Assembly: GCA_965223905.1 (NCBI GenBank)
Contig: CBDCXV010000010.1
Span: 224,001 to 288,000, forward strand
DNA length: 64,000 nt
Direction: 5' to 3'
From: Candidatus Latescibacterota bacterium
GTDB lineage: Bacteria > Latescibacterota > UBA2968 > UBA8231
The notes beneath the pieces are model-generated. The model made no database searches, was not told where the DNA came from, and was given only the letters and a program-made list of their open reading frames with translations. Both the position numbers and the translations under genes were made by a program. Below, piece after piece: positions 18,103 through 31,471 of this stretch; the first letter of the stretch is position 1, and every line of letters starts with the position of its first letter.

Positions 18103-21021
18103 ATCGACCGCAAAAAGCTCATAGAAGTCGCCCTGCCCCTCGACGCCATCAACGCCGCGTCGGCGCGGGAGAAGTCGATCCGGCACGGGCACCCGAGCAC
18201 CCTGCATCTCTGGTGGGCGCGCCGGCCCCTGGCCGCGGCGCGGGCGGTGATCTTCGCGCAGATGGTGGACGATCCCTCGGCCTGCCCCGAGGAGTTCCCC
18301 ACGGAGGCGGACCAGAAGCAGGAGCGCGAGCGGCTGTTCCGCCTCATCGAGGAGCTGGTCCGCTGGGAGAACACCACCAACGAGAAGGTGCTGGAACGGG
18401 CGCGGGCGGAGATCCGCAGGAGCTGGCGCCGCACCTGCGCCGACAATGGCGGGCATCCGCGCGCCGCCGAGCTGTTCGACCCGGACAGGCTGCCGGCCTT
18501 TCACGATCCCTTCGCAGGCGGCGGCGCCCTGCCGCTGGAGGCGCAGCGCCTGGGGCTGGAAGCCCATGCCAGCGATCTCAACCCGGTGGCGGTGCTCATC
18601 AACAAGGCGATGATCGAGATCCCGCCGAAGTTCGCTGGCAGGCCGCCGGTCAACCCGGTAGCCCGGCCCGGAGGGTCGTCGGCCAAGGCGTCGCTGCTCG
18701 AGCGCGGCTGGACCGGCGCCCAGGGGCTCGCCGAGGACGTGCGCTACTACGGGCAGTGGATGCGCGACGAGGCGGAGCGGCGCATCGGACATCTGTATCC
18801 GCCGGTGGAGGTCACCGCGGAGATGGTGCGGGAGCGGCCCGACCTCAAGCAGTACCAGGGCCGCAAGCTGACGGTGATCGCCTGGCTGTGGGCGCGCACG
18901 GTGAAGAGTCCGAACCCGGCCTTCGCCGACGTCGAGGTGCCGCTGGCCGCGACTTTCATGCTGTCGACGAAGCGGGGAAAGGAGGCGTATGTCGAGCCGG
19001 CGATCGAGGGGCGCGGGTACCGGTTCGCGGTGAAGGTGGGGGAGCCGCCGGATGCCGAGGCGGCCAAGGCCGGGACCAAGTCTGGAGGAAGTGGCAAGCC
19101 ATTTCTCTGCCTCCTCTCGAGTACCCCCATGCCGTTTGAATACTTGCGGTCGGAGGCAAAATCCGGGCGGATGGGTGCCCGTTTGATGGCCATTGTCGCC
19201 GAAGGAGACCGAGGGCGCGTGTATCTGACGCCAACGGCGGAGCACGAGGCCATGGCAGAAGAGGCAGAACCGCAATGGACACCTGATACGAATTTACCGG
19301 AGCGGGCGCTGGGCTTTCGAGTACAGGAATACGGCATGATTATGTGGCGCGACCTTTTCACTCCCCGCCAACTCGTCGCCCTGACCACCTTCTCCGACTT
19401 GGTGGCGGAAGCGATGGAACAGGCCAAGCAGGATGCCGCCAGCCCCGACCCGAACGAGGACAGCATCGGCCTGAATGAGAACGGGGGTGGGACCACAGCC
19501 TATGCCGAGGCAGTGGCTGTGTATCTGGCGTTTGCTGTGGACAAGATGTCCGACCGGCACTCAATGTTGGGTAGGTGGGATCCGACTCCAACTGCTAGTG
19601 GCGTTATCAACACCTTTAGTCGCCAAGCATTACCGATGACCTGGGATTTCGCGGAAGGCAACCCGTTCAGTAAAGCATCAGGTAATTTCCACGGTGGGAC
19701 TGGTTGGATCGCCAAAGTTGTCGATATGTCACTCCCGGCCACTAGAGACGGTGTTGCAAGCAATCAGGATGCATCTGTTCAGAGTGTCTCAAGAGACAAA
19801 GTCGTTTCTACCGACCCGCCCTACTACGACAACATCGGATACGCCGACCTGTCAGATTTTTTCTACGTCTGGCTGCGCCGCTCGTTGAGATCAACTCTTC
19901 CTGGTCTCTTCGCAACGATGGCCGTCCCGAAGGCGGAAGAACTGGTCGCTACACCATACCGACATGGGAACATGGAAAAAGCGGAAGCATTCTTCCTCGA
20001 CGGCATGACCAAAGCGATGCTCCGCCTCGCCGAGCAGGCACACCCCGATTTCCCGGTTTCCATCTACTACGCCTTCAAGCAGTCCGAGACCAAGAGCGAC
20101 TCGGGGATTTCCAGTACCGGCTGGGAGACCTTCCTGGCTGCGGTAATCCAGTCAGGCTTTGCCATCACGGGCACATGGCCGATGCGTACCGAACTCGGCA
20201 ATCGTATGATTGGAATGGATACAAATGCCCTCGCCTCCAGCATCGTCCTCGTCTGCCGCCGGCGCCTGCAAGATGCACCCCTGGCCACCCGACGCGAGTT
20301 CGTCGCCGCCCTGAAGGCCGAGCTTCCCGCGGCCCTCGCGCATCTGCAATCCGGCAACATCGCCCCGGTCGATCTCGCCCAGGCCGCCATCGGCCCCGGA
20401 ATGGGGGTCTACACCCGCTACGCCAAGGTGCTCGACGCCCAGGGCAACCCCGTGTCCGTGCGCGACGCCCTGGCGCTGATCAACCATACCCTCGACGAGG
20501 TCCTGGCCGAGCAGGAAGGGGAGTTCGACGCCGACACGCGCTGGGCCCTGGCCTGGTTCGAGCAGCATGGCTTCAGCGCCGGCGAGTACGGCGTGGCCGA
20601 AACCCTGTCCACCGCGAAGAACACCAGCGTCGCCGGCATGGTGGAAGAGGGCATCTTGGAGTCAAAGGCCGGGGAAGTGCGGCTGCTGCGCCCCGAGGAG
20701 TTGCCCGAGGACTGGGACCCGGCCGCCGACCGCCGTCTTCCCGTCTGGGAAGTCGTCCACCACCTCGTGCGGGTTCTGGAGTCCGCCGGTGAAACCGGGG
20801 CCGCCCGCCTCGTCATGCAACTGGGCGGCGTCGCCGAAACCGCCCGCGAGCTGGCCTACCGACTGTACGCAATGTCCGAGCGCAAGAACCGCGCCGCCGA
20901 GGCGCTGTCCTACAACGCCCTGGTTCAGAGCTGGCCCGAGATCGCGCGCCTGGCGCAGCAGGAGGCGCCGGCCGAGCAGGGCGGGCTGTTCCGGGATGGC
21001 GAACTGGGAGGGACAATATGA
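18103..21021 (+). CDS. DUF1156 domain DNA adenine methyltransferase
   Basis: [20 protein letters not shown], motif I DPFAGGG and motif [10 protein letters not shown]. Start uncertain; the frame is open from 17893. Confidence 0.9.
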   Translation: MDRKKLIEVALPLDAINAASAREKSIRHGHPSTLHLWWARRPLAAARAVIFAQMVDDPSACPEEFPTEADQKQERERLFRLIEELVRWENTTNEKVLERARAEIRRSWRRTCADNGGHPRAAELFDPDRLPAFHDPFAGGGALPLEAQRLGLEAHASDLNPVAVLINKAMIEIPPKFAGRPPVNPVARPGGSSAKASLLERGWTGAQGLAEDVRYYGQWMRDEAERRIGHLYPPVEVTAEMVRERPDLKQYQGRKLTVIAWLWARTVKSPNPAFADVEVPLAATFMLSTKRGKEAYVEPAIEGRGYRFAVKVGEPPDAEAAKAGTKSGGSGKPFLCLLSSTPMPFEYLRSEAKSGRMGARLMAIVAEGDRGRVYLTPTAEHEAMAEEAEPQWTPDTNLPERALGFRVQEYGMIMWRDLFTPRQLVALTTFSDLVAEAMEQAKQDAASPDPNEDSIGLNENGGGTTAYAEAVAVYLAFAVDKMSDRHSMLGRWDPTPTASGVINTFSRQALPMTWDFAEGNPFSKASGNFHGGTGWIAKVVDMSLPATRDGVASNQDASVQSVSRDKVVSTDPPYYDNIGYADLSDFFYVWLRRSLRSTLPGLFATMAVPKAEELVATPYRHGNMEKAEAFFLDGMTKAMLRLAEQAHPDFPVSIYYAFKQSETKSDSGISSTGWETFLAAVIQSGFAITGTWPMRTELGNRMIGMDTNALASSIVLVCRRRLQDAPLATRREFVAALKAELPAALAHLQSGNIAPVDLAQAAIGPGMGVYTRYAKVLDAQGNPVSVRDALALINHTLDEVLAEQEGEFDADTRWALAWFEQHGFSAGEYGVAETLSTAKNTSVAGMVEEGILESKAGEVRLLRPEELPEDWDPAADRRLPVWEVVHHLVRVLESAGETGAARLVMQLGGVAETARELAYRLYAMSERKNRAAEALSYNALVQSWPEIARLAQQEAPAEQGGLFRDGELGGTI

Positions 21022-21054
21022 ACGGATTGTTATTTCCGAAGGGAGTAACCGGGT

Positions 21055-22191
21055 CTGGCACGTACATTTTCCCACGAATTTGACCCCCCTCAGTCCAGCC
21101 CTGTTTCTGGACGGAAAGTACAGCTTACTGTTCAGGAGATCGAGGACGCGGGGACACGTGAAGTCGTCCAAAGTCAAGGGCCGAAATTCGGCCCCTGGGA
21201 ATTCCTCGATACCCTGCTTCAACCTGGAACTCCTTTTTTTGTTTTCCGAGAGCCTCTCGGCCAAGCACGTGAAGTCAAGGTCGCTCTATTTGGGCTACTT
21301 GGCCGCTTCGTCGCCCGCGCCTATCTCCAACGATACTTCGGTCTCTCCATTTTCTACCATCCCAACCTTTCAAACCCCGAGCTCGATGGCAAGAGGCAAA
21401 TCAAAATCTGCAGGGTCAGAGATGGTGACCTCCCAGACTGGGTTGCCTGTGATTCCTCTTTCAATCTGTTCGTTGCCGAAGCCAAAGGGAGTCATGAATC
21501 GGGAAGGGCAACGCGAGTCCTCAACAGGGCCTGGAAGCAAACTGAGCGCATCGATGTCTTGGTGGGCGGAACCCGCGCTCCCGTCAAACGGCTGGCAATC
21601 GTAGCACGCTGGGGAATGGCCATGGGGGGGCCACGTGAGCCTTGGCTCAGGGTACAAGATCCCATCGACGAGGGCGATCCGCTTGGACCTGATGACCGGG
21701 GCGCGATTTTCGTGGGTCTATTCCGCCATCATGTTGCCAACATCATGTCGGGTCTCGGTCAGGCAGAACTTGCAGAGTTACTTCGTGACCTCACGAAGGA
21801 GGGCGTCCTGCGCAATGGTCAGGAAGAAGGGGCTAAACAAGAACAAGCGAAGGGCTTGGTGGACACAGCTGTAGAAGATTTTCATCGGCTCGCTGACGGT
21901 ATAGGAATACGGAGAGCTGACTTAATCGGCAGATTCGTCACTCGCGGTTCGCTGCTAATCGATGCTCCCAGCGTTTCGCGCGCCAATTTGGAAGTACTCT
22001 CTCGTCTCGGTCTGCGTCCTGTGGTGGTTGGTTTCGATAGTGAACTGGTGCGCCTCGCGGTCGAGGGCGATCCGTCATCCATTCGAGAGGCCCTTGCTGA
22101 TCACCAACGGCTTACAGTTGCGGACAGGGCGCGAAGCGACGGAGCGGGTTTCTGGATTATCCCCCTCGACGATGCAGCAGCACGCCCGTAG
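21055..22191 (+). CDS. Putative PD-(D/E)XK nuclease-fold protein (~378 aa), only partly covered by the ORF track
   Basis: Frame is open from 21049 to 22191. AAGGGAG lies 9 nt before CTG 21055. Motif DLPDWVA...FVAEAKG...AWKQ. Confidence 0.65.
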   Translation: MARTFSHEFDPPQSSPVSGRKVQLTVQEIEDAGTREVVQSQGPKFGPWEFLDTLLQPGTPFFVFREPLGQAREVKVALFGLLGRFVARAYLQRYFGLSIFYHPNLSNPELDGKRQIKICRVRDGDLPDWVACDSSFNLFVAEAKGSHESGRATRVLNRAWKQTERIDVLVGGTRAPVKRLAIVARWGMAMGGPREPWLRVQDPIDEGDPLGPDDRGAIFVGLFRHHVANIMSGLGQAELAELLRDLTKEGVLRNGQEEGAKQEQAKGLVDTAVEDFHRLADGIGIRRADLIGRFVTRGSLLIDAPSVSRANLEVLSRLGLRPVVVGFDSELVRLAVEGDPSSIREALADHQRLTVADRARSDGAGFWIIPLDDAAARP

Positions 22192-22218
22192 AACACCAAC
22201 GGATAAGAGAACCAGCAA

Positions 22219-25534
<3,316 letters not shown>

Positions 25535-25683
25535 TCGACCGGAATCGCTCGGAGGTAGAGACAGCTCCGAATGAACCGCGCTTCCGACCCTCACCACCCA
25601 TTACGGCCCCTTCCCGTCGCCGTAGCCGCTTCAGTCCCTGTCATCCAAGGCCTCACCGCCTTGGGAGCTAACCCGGCCCCTTT

Positions 25684-25731
25684 GGTAGTGTCTCGTCGGG
25701 AAATTTGGGTAGTGTCTCATCGGGAAATTTG
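25684..25731. repeat. 24-bp tandem repeat x2
   Basis: GGTAGTGTCTC(G/A)TCGGGAAATTTG occurs twice with one mismatch. Confidence 0.85.
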
Positions 25732-25810
25732 CCACCAGAGCAGGTGGGAGCCGTCATGAGGCGTCCGGCTCGACACATTAACTGATCCGAAAGAGAGGAA
25801 TCGATTCGCC

Positions 25811-26632
25811 ATGGCCATCGTGATGTTCACCAAGAGCGTCAAGGACCACACCGTTCCGCAGCTGATCGAGCTCGCCCACGAGCTAGGCCTCGAGGGGTAC
25901 GACCTCTGCGTGCGTCCGGAGTACCCGATCAACCCGGACAACGCCGCCACCGAGCTGGCCGGGGCGGTGCGCGCCCTCGGCGAGTACGGGCTCTCCGTCC
26001 CGATGGTCACCGGCAACTTCGACCTGCTGCTTCCCGACGACGAGACCGCGGAGCCGATCCTGGGGGCGATGGACGCCGCCAACGTGCGCATGCTGAAGCT
26101 CGGCTACTTCAAGTTCGATCCGCTGTCGCAGGAATACTGGACCGAGGTCGACCGCATCCGGACCGCCTTCGACGGCTGGAGCCGGCTGGCGCAAAAACAC
26201 GGGGTCAAGGTCTGCTACCACACCCACTCGCGCGGCTGCATGGGCCTCAACGCCGGCATGATGGCCCACCTCGTGCGCGACTTCGACCCTCGGCACATAG
26301 GGGTCTACCTCGACCCCTGCCACCTCGTGGTCGAAGGGGAGGAGTTCCCGACGGCGACCGCCATCGTCGGGGAATACCTGTCGATCCTCGGCCTCAAGGA
26401 CGCCCTGCTGGTGCGCGGGGAACGGAACGGCCACGGCAGCAAGCAGGTGCGCTGGGTGGAAGCGGGCCGCGGCATGGTCGACTGGACCGGCGTCTTCGCC
26501 GAGCTGGACCGCCTCGGTTTCGACGGCCCCCTGTCCGTGCACTGCGAGTTCGAGATCCCCGAGGACGGGTACAGGGCCGCCTTCGAACGGGAGGTGGCGT
26601 TCTTCCGCGAGGTGCGCGCCCCCCGGGCTTAA
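25811..26632 (+). CDS. Sugar phosphate isomerase/epimerase TIM-barrel protein
   Basis: GYDLCVR, YHTHS, YLDPCH, LKD and GRGMVDW motifs. Confidence 0.85.
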   Translation: MAIVMFTKSVKDHTVPQLIELAHELGLEGYDLCVRPEYPINPDNAATELAGAVRALGEYGLSVPMVTGNFDLLLPDDETAEPILGAMDAANVRMLKLGYFKFDPLSQEYWTEVDRIRTAFDGWSRLAQKHGVKVCYHTHSRGCMGLNAGMMAHLVRDFDPRHIGVYLDPCHLVVEGEEFPTATAIVGEYLSILGLKDALLVRGERNGHGSKQVRWVEAGRGMVDWTGVFAELDRLGFDGPLSVHCEFEIPEDGYRAAFEREVAFFREVRAPRA

Positions 26633-26727
26633 CCTTCGGTCAGCCGCACGCGGCCGTCCTCGACCAGGCGGCAGATTCCCTGAGCCGACCTCGACGCCCT
26701 GCCGGTCAACCACCTGGTAAAGGTGCG

Positions 26728-27465
26728 TCAGGGAGAAGAAGGGACGCTGGTGGCGGTCGACTGACCCGCCTCTGGCTGGCGCCCCGACGCCTTCAGTCTC
26801 CTGAACAGCTCGAGATGCCTGGCCCCCTGCTCCTTCTTCCCCTGCTCGAGAAGCAGCCGTCCCAGCCGGTAGTGGGCGGAAGCATGGTCCGGGGACAGCT
26901 TCAGCGCCTTGGCGTAGAGCCCGGCGGCGCGCAGGCCGTTGCCCCGCTTTTCCGAGATCAGCCCGAGGCGGTAGTAGGAGGATCCGAAGTCGGGAACGAC
27001 CTCTATCGACTGCCGGTAGTAGCGCTCCGCCTCGTCGAGGAGGTTGCGGCGCTCGCTGATCACCCCGAGGTCGAAGTACGGCTTGGCCCTGCGCAGGCCG
27101 AGCTCGATCGCCCGTTTGTACGCCTTCTCGGCGCGGTCTCCGTCGGTCAGCAGCATGTAGGCCTTGCCCAGGTGCATGTAGAAGAGGCCGTTGTCCGGCT
27201 CCAGGGAGATCGCCCGGCGGATCGGCTCCAGCGCCTTGCCGGGCTCCAGCCGCAGGGCGTGGCAGAGCCCGAGCCTGGCATGGGCGTTGGCAAACCCGGG
27301 ATCCAGCTCGGTGGCGCGGCGGTACTCTCCGGCGGCGAGGAGGTAGCGGCCGGCGCGGAGGTGCGCCTGCCCGCGCTCGTAATGGCCGGCCGCCGACTCG
27401 GAGGAGCCGCAGCGGAGCAGCGAGGCGGCGAGGAGAAGTGGGGCCACTGCAAGGAGGGCTTTCAC
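26728..27465 (-). CDS. Tetratricopeptide repeat protein with signal peptide (possible lipoprotein)
   Basis: GTG start after GGGAG, hydrophobic leader ending LLRC, about six TPR units (A...LDP..ANAHARLG). Confidence 0.8.
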   Translation of the reverse strand: MKALLAVAPLLLAASLLRCGSSESAAGHYERGQAHLRAGRYLLAAGEYRRATELDPGFANAHARLGLCHALRLEPGKALEPIRRAISLEPDNGLFYMHLGKAYMLLTDGDRAEKAYKRAIELGLRRAKPYFDLGVISERRNLLDEAERYYRQSIEVVPDFGSSYYRLGLISEKRGNGLRAAGLYAKALKLSPDHASAHYRLGRLLLEQGKKEQGARHLELFRRLKASGRQPEAGQSTATSVPSSP

Positions 27466-27765
27466 GCCGCCCACTCCCCTCGCCGGCCCGGGCGGCGTCC
27501 CGCAGGCTTCCCCCACCTTTCTGGTACAGGACTCGCCGAGCGCCCCGGACCGGCCAGAGTGGCGCCCCGCACGCCCCCCGGCCCTTCTCCGGCAGGGATC
27601 TCCGAGCCCCCCGCCACGGGCGGAACCCGGTTCGGGGCGGACCCGGGGACCGGCAGGAATTGCATTTCCGCAAATTCTCGGCTGGTCATGGCAGCAACAG
27701 TGTCGCGCCGAGCCGGCCGGGTCAAGACCGCCTCTCGCTGCCCTGAATCCGTAGATTTCGGGAAA

Positions 27766-28590
27766 ATGAACTTCGACAAGTCGATCGACCCGCATCGCCC
27801 GCTCTACCACTTCTCCCCGCCTCTCGGGTGGTGGGGCGGCGGTCCGGACGGGACCATCCATCACGACGGTGAGTACCACGTCTTCTACCAGTTCGACCCC
27901 TACATGGGCTCGACCTCCGGCAACGCCTCCTGGGGGCATGCGGTCAGCCGCGACCTCGTGCACTGGGAGCATCGCCCGGTCGCCATCGGACCCACTCCGT
28001 TCGGCGCCGGGCGCTACGCCGCCTTCGCCTGCTCGGACCTGGTGAAGAGCCTGGACCGCTCCCGCCTTCCCGCCATCCTCTACGACCGCGAGGTCTGCTT
28101 CAGCGGTTCCGCGGTGATCGACCGCGGCGTCCCCACCCCCGTCTACACCGGCATCCTTCCCGGCCTCCAGGACGCGCCTGTGATGCTGGGCAGGTCGCAG
28201 TGCATCGCCACCAGCGACGACGGCATGCAGCTCACCGCCTGGCACGACCCCCACGTCTGGCGCGAGGAGGAGACGTGGGTACATGGGACTGGGGTGCGGT
28301 TTTCTCGGCGTCGGGGGAGCCGTGCTGCTCTGCCGGTCCCCCGACCTGGTCTCGTGGGAATACATGCACCCCCTCTGCGTCGGCGCCGAACCGGGGTACA
28401 ACCGCTGGCTTGTTCCGGACTTCTTCCCGCTCGGGGACAGGCACGTGCTCCTCGCCACGGCCACCTCGCGAGGCCGCTCCGGCAAGGCGATCTACATGGT
28501 GGGCGAGTACCGCGACCACCGCTTCACCCCGGAAGTCGAGGGCTACCTCGACACGCACCCGATGGCCTGCTTCCCGCGAGCCTCAGGGTG
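27766..28590 (+). pseudogene. Glycoside hydrolase family 32 fragment (frameshifted, truncated)
   Basis: HRPLYHF, YHVFYQ, WGHAVSRDLVHW, FSGSA and HDPHVW. Frameshift near 28280; ends before the TA module. Confidence 0.7.
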
Positions 28591-28786
28591 TGGCGCAGGA
28601 GGTCGATCTTCTTTCCCCAGGAATGAGAGCCTGGCAACCGGCTCCCGCCGGGCATCGACGACACGGACCGGGCGAGTCACCCCCATCCAGAAAAGAGCAC
28701 GTCAGGCCGCGGGCCGTCCTTCCGTGCCTGGAACCGTCCCTGAACCTGCAATTGATCTCTACCCATATAACCATATCCTTACCCAT

Positions 28787-29026
28787 ATGAAGACGACGAT
28801 CGAGCTTCCCGATAATCTCCTGCGGGCAGCGAAGGCCATGGCGGTCCGCCGCGGCACCACTCTGAAGGCCATCATCACACACGCTCTCGAACGAGAGGTG
28901 CACGATGGCGCTTCAACGCCGGCGGTCTTCGAATTGGACGAAGACGGTTTGCCGCACCTTCCTCCACGGGGTGCCCGCGTGACCGCCGAAATCGTCGGCA
29001 GGCTGCTGGACGAGGAGGCCGGGTGA
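28787..29026 (+). CDS. VapB-like ribbon-helix-helix antitoxin
   Basis: MKTTIELPDNLLRAAKAMA. GTGA overlap with the PIN toxin. CCATAT repeats just upstream look operator-like. Confidence 0.8.
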   Translation: MKTTIELPDNLLRAAKAMAVRRGTTLKAIITHALEREVHDGASTPAVFELDEDGLPHLPPRGARVTAEIVGRLLDEEAG

Positions 29027-29454
29027 ACCTGCTGGACGTGAATCTCCTCGTCGCCCTCTGCGACGCCGATCACGTCCACCATCGGCCGGCCGCGCAATGG
29101 TTCCGCGCACACAGGGCCGAAGGCTGGGCAACCTGCCCACTGACGGAGAACGGACTGCTGCGGGTCATGGGTCACCCCGGGTACCCGGGCGGGCCCGGGT
29201 CGCCTGAAAAGGTCCGGCTTCTGCTCCAGCGCCTGCGCTCGGTTCCCGGGCACCTGTTCCGGGAGGACAGCATCTCCGTGGCCGACAGTCGCACGCTGCC
29301 GTCACTGCAGGGCATCACCTCGAAGTAGCTCACCGACATCTACCTGCTTGCCCTGGCCGTCCATCGCGGCGGCGGTTTGGCAACCCTGGATTCTCACATC
29401 GATCCCTCACGAGTCCCCGGCGGGCACCGGACCCTGGTTCTGATCCAGCACTGA
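29023..29454 (+). pseudogene. vapC: VapC-family PIN toxin with internal TAG
   Basis: LLDVNLLVAL...TCPLTENG...SK*LTDIYLLALA...LATLD. Stop at 29326-29328; the frame continues to TGA 29454. Confidence 0.8.
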
Positions 29455-29707
29455 TCTTTCTGCGCAAGCACCGGAGTTCCTGCCGGCACCTGCGGCTGGG
29501 AGGGGTACGCCTGCGCAATCGGGAAGGGGGCGGGACCAGGCCGTAAAGCCATGCAGAAGTGGCGGGCCAATGGTCCAAGCCGGCGCAGGGGCCGCAATGG
29601 ACGCTCCCGGCGGTCCCGGCCTATCTTGGGCCTGCACCGGTTCCCAGGCGAGCATCGCAGCTCCATCCGCCGCAATGCAGGCAGCCCCGAATCCCACAGG
29701 AAGCACC

Positions 29708-30082
29708 ATGGCACTGACCATCATCCGCACCGTCCGCCCCAGCCCCGAATGGCAGGATACCCTCATCCGCCTGCGCCAGGGACAGCGGGTGGTGATCGAC
29801 ACCGAGGAGGTCTGGTCGCCGGACATGCGCAACCAGACCGTATGGTGCGGGGCCGACGGGGTGTACAACCTCCCCGCGGACGAGGGGTACCTGATGCCCG
29901 GGGCCAACGTCGGCATGCTGATCGCCCGCGTCGGCGACGGGCCGCCCTTCGCCGTCGGCAGCCGGCACGACTTCCTCTGCGACCGCGACGGCCTGCTCCA
30001 CCTGGCGATGAACGAGAACCCCGAACACAACAACCAGGCCGGCAAGCTCTCCTCCCAGATCATCCTGTTCGGGGAAGAGTGA
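29708..30082 (+). CDS. Small beta-rich protein, possibly LecA/PA-IL lectin-like
   Basis: WQDT...GMLIARVG..PFAVG...GLLHLAMNE...NNQAG pattern. Confidence 0.55.
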   Translation: MALTIIRTVRPSPEWQDTLIRLRQGQRVVIDTEEVWSPDMRNQTVWCGADGVYNLPADEGYLMPGANVGMLIARVGDGPPFAVGSRHDFLCDRDGLLHLAMNENPEHNNQAGKLSSQIILFGEE

Positions 30083-31134
30083 CCGCGACCGAGCTGTCAG
30101 CCGGGGTCTGGAGGGTCGACCTCAACGGCGGCCGCCGCGTCGTCGCCAAGCGCCAACCGTTTGCCGGCCTCACCCGGGGCCGGGCCGACGACCTGCTCGC
30201 CGTCGAGCAGCGGGTTCTGACCCTGCTGAAGGAGCGGAATTGTCCGGTGCCGCAGGTTGTCGGCGCCGATCCGGCCGCGGGCTTCATCTTCTTCGAGCAC
30301 CTGGGAGACGAAACCCTGGACGATGCCGTCCGCAGCGCCGGCCCCGACCGCCTCCAGCGGTTGCGGGAGCGGCTCGTCAGCGGATTCCTGCGGCTCGAGC
30401 AGGCCTTCGCCGACTGCCGGCGGGAGCTGGAGCAACACGTCTCTCCCGCTGCCTCCCGCGACCGGCTCCCGGCCGCCCTCGACCAGGCCCGCGACGGCGC
30501 CCGGGACGGTCTGCAGGGGCTCCTGCGCCGGTGCGGGCGGGCCTCCGGGGCTGATCTCCTTGAGCTCGAGGAACGGCTCGACGAGCTCTGCTCCCGGCTC
30601 GCCGGGGAGGAGGCGAGCCTCGGCAGCACCGACTACAACGCCCGCAACGTCGTCGTCGAACCCGGCAGCGACGCCGTCAGCTTCATCGAGTTCGCAAAGA
30701 TCGGCTGGGACTGGCCGGAGCGCCGGCTTGTTCAGTACGCCACCGGCCTGGGGGCGGGCGCGGAAGGGGGCTTCGCCGGCCTCCTCGACCGCACCGCGGC
30801 CGGCCAGTACGCGAGCTCCGCCCCCGGAGACCGGGCTTGCAGGGGGTTCGCCCTCGACGGCCACCACCTGCTCTTCCACCTCAACGCCGCGGCCAGGCTC
30901 TGCGGCGCCCTGGATCGTCCCGGCCTGGAGCCGAACCGCGCGCTTCTGAAGTCTGGCGGCAGCCGCGGCTGCGCCTGCGCCAGCTCTGCGAGGCCATCTC
31001 CTTCCCTCTCGGCGACGACTCCCTGGCCACCGGCTTCAGAAGCCGGTTCGCCAACCTCCTGTCCCGGGAATGGACCGGACACGATGCGGGCGGCCAACGG
31101 GTCCGGGGAACCCGGAGTGAAGAGGAACCAGTGA
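30079..31134 (+). CDS. Aminoglycoside phosphotransferase-like kinase (probable frameshift near 30950)
   Basis: VVAKR, VPQV, FEHLG, STDYNARNVV and FIEFAKIGWDW motifs. GTGA overlap with the upstream gene. Confidence 0.65.
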   Translation: MTATELSAGVWRVDLNGGRRVVAKRQPFAGLTRGRADDLLAVEQRVLTLLKERNCPVPQVVGADPAAGFIFFEHLGDETLDDAVRSAGPDRLQRLRERLVSGFLRLEQAFADCRRELEQHVSPAASRDRLPAALDQARDGARDGLQGLLRRCGRASGADLLELEERLDELCSRLAGEEASLGSTDYNARNVVVEPGSDAVSFIEFAKIGWDWPERRLVQYATGLGAGAEGGFAGLLDRTAAGQYASSAPGDRACRGFALDGHHLLFHLNAAARLCGALDRPGLEPNRALLKSGGSRGCACASSARPSPSLSATTPWPPASEAGSPTSCPGNGPDTMRAANGSGEPGVKRNQ

Positions 31135-31183
31135 ACGGACCGCCTGTTGTCACCCTCCCAACCCCTGATACAGGAGCGCAACC

Positions 31184-31462
31184 ATGAGCGAATCGGACAA
31201 CCTCGACTTCAAACCCCGGGCCCGGGGACTCGTGATCGGCAGCATACCCTGGCTCGCCCGCATAGCGGACAAGGCGCGCGCCTGGCACGGCGGGCGCATC
31301 GGCGACTACGTCTTCCCGTGACCTGCCGACCAGCGCTTTCTGGAGGAAGCGGAGCTGCAGTCGGAGGAGTTTTCGGAGATGGTGCTGGCGAGCGCCGACG
31401 ACGACGAGTTGATCGCCAGAATGAAGGAACACCTCGGCGGGCGGACCGTTAAGGGTCCCTGA
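31184..31462 (+). CDS. DUF5069-like protein, candidate selenoprotein (in-frame TGA at codon 46)
   Basis: AGGAG RBS. MSESD...WLARIADKARA...GDYVFP-TGA-PADQRFL...; the frame continues 46 codons past the TGA. A hairpin follows the TGA. Confidence 0.65.
31334..31351 (+). promoter_or_regulatory. Putative bacterial SECIS hairpin
   Basis: CGCUUUC-UGGA-GGAAGCG stem-loop starting 12 nt after UGA 31319-31321, with G in the small apical loop. Confidence 0.45.
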
Positions 31463-31471
31463 GCGCTGGCC

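Noticed and set aside
29326-29328. Amber readthrough or pyrrolysine in vapC
   Set aside because: A single C-to-T nonsense change is simpler, and other genes in the window use TAG as a normal stop.
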